A DNA stretch of 32,000 nucleotides from a cyanobacterium endosymbiont of Braarudosphaera bigelowii (GTDB lineage: Bacteria > Cyanobacteriota > Cyanobacteriia > Cyanobacteriales > Microcystaceae), in contig NZ_AP024987.1 in the NCBI RefSeq assembly GCF_020885515.1, forward strand, positions 180,001 to 212,000, read 5' to 3'. This document shows, piece after piece, positions 29,075-32,000 of this stretch; position 1 is the first letter of the stretch, and each line of letters begins with the position of its first letter. The translations under genes and the position numbers were made by a program. The notes below the pieces were generated by a model. The model saw only the letters and a list, made by a program, of their open reading frames with translations. It was not told the DNA's origin and searched no databases.

Positions 29075-29779
29075 TTACCTATTCAAATTATAAATCTCTT
29101 TTCCTTTAGTAGTTACAAGAAAAGGATAACCAGCTTCGATAAGTGCTTGGTCACGTATGCGACAAGAATCACATAGTCCACATGCTTCATGTCCGCCTTG
29201 GTAACAAGACCATGTTTTTTCAATAGGAACTCCTAGTTTAACAGCTTCTTTAATGATATCAACTTTATTTTTTTTTATTAAAGGAGCAATCAGCTGTGGA
29301 GCATTTCCTTCAATTCCAGCTTTTGACGAAAGCTTTGCAAGATCTTGATAAGTTTTAAGATATTCAGAACGACAATCAGGATAACCTGAATAATCAATCA
29401 TGTTTATACCTAAATAAATAGCTTTTGCACCTTTAGCTTCAGCCAAGGAAAGAGCAAGAGCTATAAAAACTGTATTTCTACCCGGAACATAAGTAGAAGG
29501 TATCTGATAAGGATTAACTCCACTTAAAGGTATAGCTAAAGATTTATCTGTTAGTGATGATCCTCCCCATTGAGAAATATCAACATTAACTATATGGTGT
29601 GAATTTATATCTAATTCTTTAGCAATTATTTGAGCTGATTTCAACTCTTTTTGATGAAGTTGTCCATAACTGAAGGAGAGGGCAATAAGCTCATAGCCTT
29701 GCGAGGCAGCTATCGCTGCCGAAGTAGCCGAATCCAGGCCTCCTGAAAGTAACACAACTGCTAAAGACTTATCAGACAT
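29075..29779 (-). CDS. queC: 7-cyano-7-deazaguanine synthase
   Basis: 234 aa with the PP-loop [12 protein letters not shown] and the C-terminal zinc cluster C...[10 protein letters not shown]. Confidence 0.93.
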   Translation of the reverse strand: MSDKSLAVVLLSGGLDSATSAAIAASQGYELIALSFSYGQLHQKELKSAQIIAKELDINSHHIVNVDISQWGGSSLTDKSLAIPLSGVNPYQIPSTYVPGRNTVFIALALSLAEAKGAKAIYLGINMIDYSGYPDCRSEYLKTYQDLAKLSSKAGIEGNAPQLIAPLIKKNKVDIIKEAVKLGVPIEKTWSCYQGGHEACGLCDSCRIRDQALIEAGYPFLVTTKGKEIYNLNR

Positions 29780-30283
29780 TTAATTATAATCTACTAAATT
29801 TTGGCTATATACAAAGAAAAGACTATCATATAAAGATTGAACAGTAAACTTGATCTATATGGCAAACATGCCTATGTTATTTTTTAAGGAAATATATCTT
29901 TTCTTCAGAAGATAACTGAATTTCTTAACTTTACCTCCCGCATTACTTTAATAGCGGAATCACTAAAATACCATCCAGAATTCTTAAGTATCTATAAATC
30001 ATACTTATAACAATACTTTAAATAACTTAACTAGAATCTAAAGATACTTTAGATGTATACTTAGGTATGGACGTTATCTAATTCGCCAATTTTAATAAAT
30101 TATTAGCTTTTAAGTTTAAACAAAAATCTTTTGAGAAACTAGATAGGGCTAACTTATAAAAATCGAATTAAAGAAAACGATATATTCAAAGATCAAATAA
30201 AAATTTTGATTAAATTAATGAGTAAATAGTAGGTAAAATGCCTCACCATGACAAAGGGGAACCATAAAGGAGTTGACTTATAA

Positions 30284-30826
30284 ATGTTAGTACATACCCT
30301 ATCTGTTACTGCAGGACTTGCAAGTCTATTTCTTTACTTATCAGCATTTTTTTTTCCTAGATTACATAGAAAAGATGATTTTTTCTGGAGTGGCCTTGGA
30401 CTATTTTACTCCTTATCTCTCTGGATCTGTGTAGAAGAAGTGACAGAAGGTTTATTATTAGGACAATTATGTATTTTAATTTTAGTCTTATCTTTTGGAT
30501 GGCAAAATTTTCGGTTGAGAAATACAATGATTAATTTAGAGCATCAAACAAACTTTACTGAGTTTTCTTTTCTAGGCTGGATTCAACATCTTTTAAAAAG
30601 ACAGTCTTTTTTTTCTACAGTTTCATCTAATAAGAATAAAAAACCTGGTTTTAACTATCGTAAAAAAGAATTGAATTTAGAGAAAAAAAATACTATAGAA
30701 AATGAAGATATCGGTATTTCTAAGGAGACACAAAATAAAATTCTCTTAGATTTAGATGAGGAAAAAATATCTAATACAGAAAATAAAAGCTTTTCGTTTA
30801 AATCTCTTTTTCCATTTAGTAAATGA
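30284..30826 (+). CDS. ycf66: Ycf66-family membrane protein, possibly truncated by an in-frame TGA
   Basis: 180 aa. The N-terminal two-TM region (FFPRLHRKDDFFWSGLGLFYSLSLW...GWQNFRLRN) follows the Ycf66 N-terminal pattern as I remember it. AAGGAG lies 12 nt upstream of the ATG. The same frame stays open from 30827 to 31009. Confidence 0.6.
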   Translation: MLVHTLSVTAGLASLFLYLSAFFFPRLHRKDDFFWSGLGLFYSLSLWICVEEVTEGLLLGQLCILILVLSFGWQNFRLRNTMINLEHQTNFTEFSFLGWIQHLLKRQSFFSTVSSNKNKKPGFNYRKKELNLEKKNTIENEDIGISKETQNKILLDLDEEKISNTENKSFSFKSLFPFSK

Positions 30827-31178
30827 AGTTTACAACTTGCTCCTAAAATATCAGAACATAACATAAATAAGAAATTATTAGATTCTCAGAATACAGATTT
30901 TGAGTCGAATAAGAAGTTTAAATATCCTAAAATTCAAATTATCGAAAACCAAGAAAAGGTTATCAATTATGATGAAAATTTTATAGATAAAACTAAAAAA
31001 GAGCAATCCTAATAAAATTAGGAAATAAGAATATTATCAACACCTATAAAAAATATTCGATTTCTAAACAGCCTATTTTTTCTTTTTTATTTATATTTTA
31101 AAACCATTTTAATTTTTGTGTTTTCTTAATGTTTAAAAAATATGATTGATAATATTTGAGATATATTTCACACTAATT

Positions 31179-32000
31179 TTAATCTTGTTTAACGATAGAA
31201 ACCCAAGGATCCAAAATATCTTTAAATAAGATCTCTTCAACCCATGTTTTAGCAACTACTGCCAAAGGGAGAGCTAATAATAAACCTAATACACCAAAAA
31301 ATTGAGCAAAAAATATTTGTACTACTAAAGTAACAACGGGAAGCAATGATACCTGCTTAGCCATTACTAAGGGAGTTAACCAATAGCTTTCAACATTTTG
31401 AATAATAATATACCAAAGAATAATTGCTCCTATTTTCCATGGTTCATCTAGTAGTGCTACCATTAATGGAAAAATTACACTTGTAACTGGACCAATATTA
31501 GGAATAAAGTTAAGTAGTCCTGCTAGTAATGCATGAACTAATACTAATCTAATTTGTAAAAACCATAGTCCTAATCCACTTAGTGTTCCAATAAATAAAC
31601 AATTTACAATGATCCCTATTAACCAATTTCCTAAAGCATTTTCGGAAAGTGTCAAAATTTCATCTCCACGTTGTCGATAAAATGATGGAAAAAGCTTTAA
31701 GAATATACAACGGTATCTATGAGGATTTAAAATCATCATTATAGTTAATATAAAAATAAAAATAAGTTGTAAGATAATCGTCAAAGAATTAGAAAAAATT
31801 GTAAAAAAGTTTGAAAAAATATCTGTAAATAAAGGCTGTAACTGAGAAAATAAGTCATCTAGAGAAGGAGGTGATGGCATTAAAGATAGATAACCTTGAT
31901 TCTCTAAGAGTAAAATTAAATAACTGCGTAGTTTTTCTCCAATATTAGGTAATAAACTTAGCAATTTTTGAAATTGATCGAAAAAGGGAGGAACTATTAA
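31179..32000 (-). CDS. AI-2E family (PerM/UPF0118) transporter, N-terminus beyond the window edge
   Basis: It is polytopic, with the family motif GLLNFIPNIGPV and a C-terminal LALPLAVV helix. The reading frame remains open upstream of the listed TTG to position 32000, so the gene is partial here. Confidence 0.8.
   Translation of the reverse strand, partial: LIVPPFFDQFQKLLSLLPNIGEKLRSYLILLLENQGYLSLMPSPPSLDDLFSQLQPLFTDIFSNFFTIFSNSLTIILQLIFIFILTIMMILNPHRYRCIFLKLFPSFYRQRGDEILTLSENALGNWLIGIIVNCLFIGTLSGLGLWFLQIRLVLVHALLAGLLNFIPNIGPVTSVIFPLMVALLDEPWKIGAIILWYIIIQNVESYWLTPLVMAKQVSLLPVVTLVVQIFFAQFFGVLGLLLALPLAVVAKTWVEEILFKDILDPWVSIVKQD

Noticed and set aside
29780-29900. Possible preQ1 riboswitch in the leader of queC (minus strand).
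   Set aside because: I read the minus strand upstream of the ATG and found no preQ1-I-like core (a conserved CCC...AAAAAACUA-type tail after a short hairpin). Only a 4-bp GGCA/TGCC stem is present.
30824-30826. UGA reassignment (Trp) or selenocysteine as the explanation for the in-frame TGA in ycf66.
   Set aside because: TGA also ends the Tic20-like gene and cobU at plausible termini, and Trp is encoded by TGG throughout. No SECIS-like hairpin follows the codon. A nonsense mutation or sequencing error is more parsimonious.
1-32000. CRISPR arrays, tandem repeats, IS elements, prophage or defence islands, and additional structured RNAs (rRNA, tmRNA, RNase P RNA, SRP RNA, 6S RNA).
   Set aside because: Reading the spacers showed no regularly spaced direct repeats and no transposase or integrase-like ORFs. 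None of the conserved cores I know for these RNAs (e.g. GAGGAAAGTCC for RNase P RNA) were seen. This was a visual scan only, so a covariance-model search (Infernal/Rfam) would be needed to be definitive.

Overview
This is a very AT-rich chromosomal segment (roughly 30% G+C by eye, not computed) from a cyanobacterium. I call 28 protein-coding genes, one extending past the right edge, plus one tRNA-Ser(CGA). The gene content is almost entirely housekeeping: truB, alr, rpsF, lepB, dnaK/dnaJ, nfu, lysS, ktrBA, dcd-like, dut, rseP, a phosphohexomutase, thiO-like, cobU, aroK and queC. Cyanobacterial/plastid-lineage markers are present: a Tic20/Ycf60-like protein, Ycf66, a DnaK3-type Hsp70 with a long C-terminal tail, and NfuA. 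My calls cover about 25.0 of 32 kb (~78%). Several spacers are unusually long (440-580 bp) and nearly pure AT. I saw no transposase, integrase, phage gene, CRISPR array, toxin-antitoxin pair or recognisable defence gene, and no perfect HIP1 (GCGATCGC) site. This architecture suggests a reduced-genome cyanobacterium, possibly a UCYN-A-like or other unicellular symbiont lineage, but that is a guess from composition and gene content only. I do not see a convincing novel multi-gene system. The features most worth follow-up are listed here. (1) A 504-aa three-domain thymidylate-synthase-like protein heads a co-oriented dTMP module (TS-like, dut, dCMP deaminase). (2) An S8 subtilase is fused to a C-terminal domain of about five transmembrane helices. 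(3) ycf66 is interrupted by an in-frame TGA, after which the frame stays open for 61 more codons. (4) There is a bacterial homologue of the human B12-trafficking protein MMADHC. (5) Two perfect AT-rich palindromes (15 and 20 bp arms) sit where a terminator role does not fit. (6) Long perfect hairpins follow many gene 3' ends.
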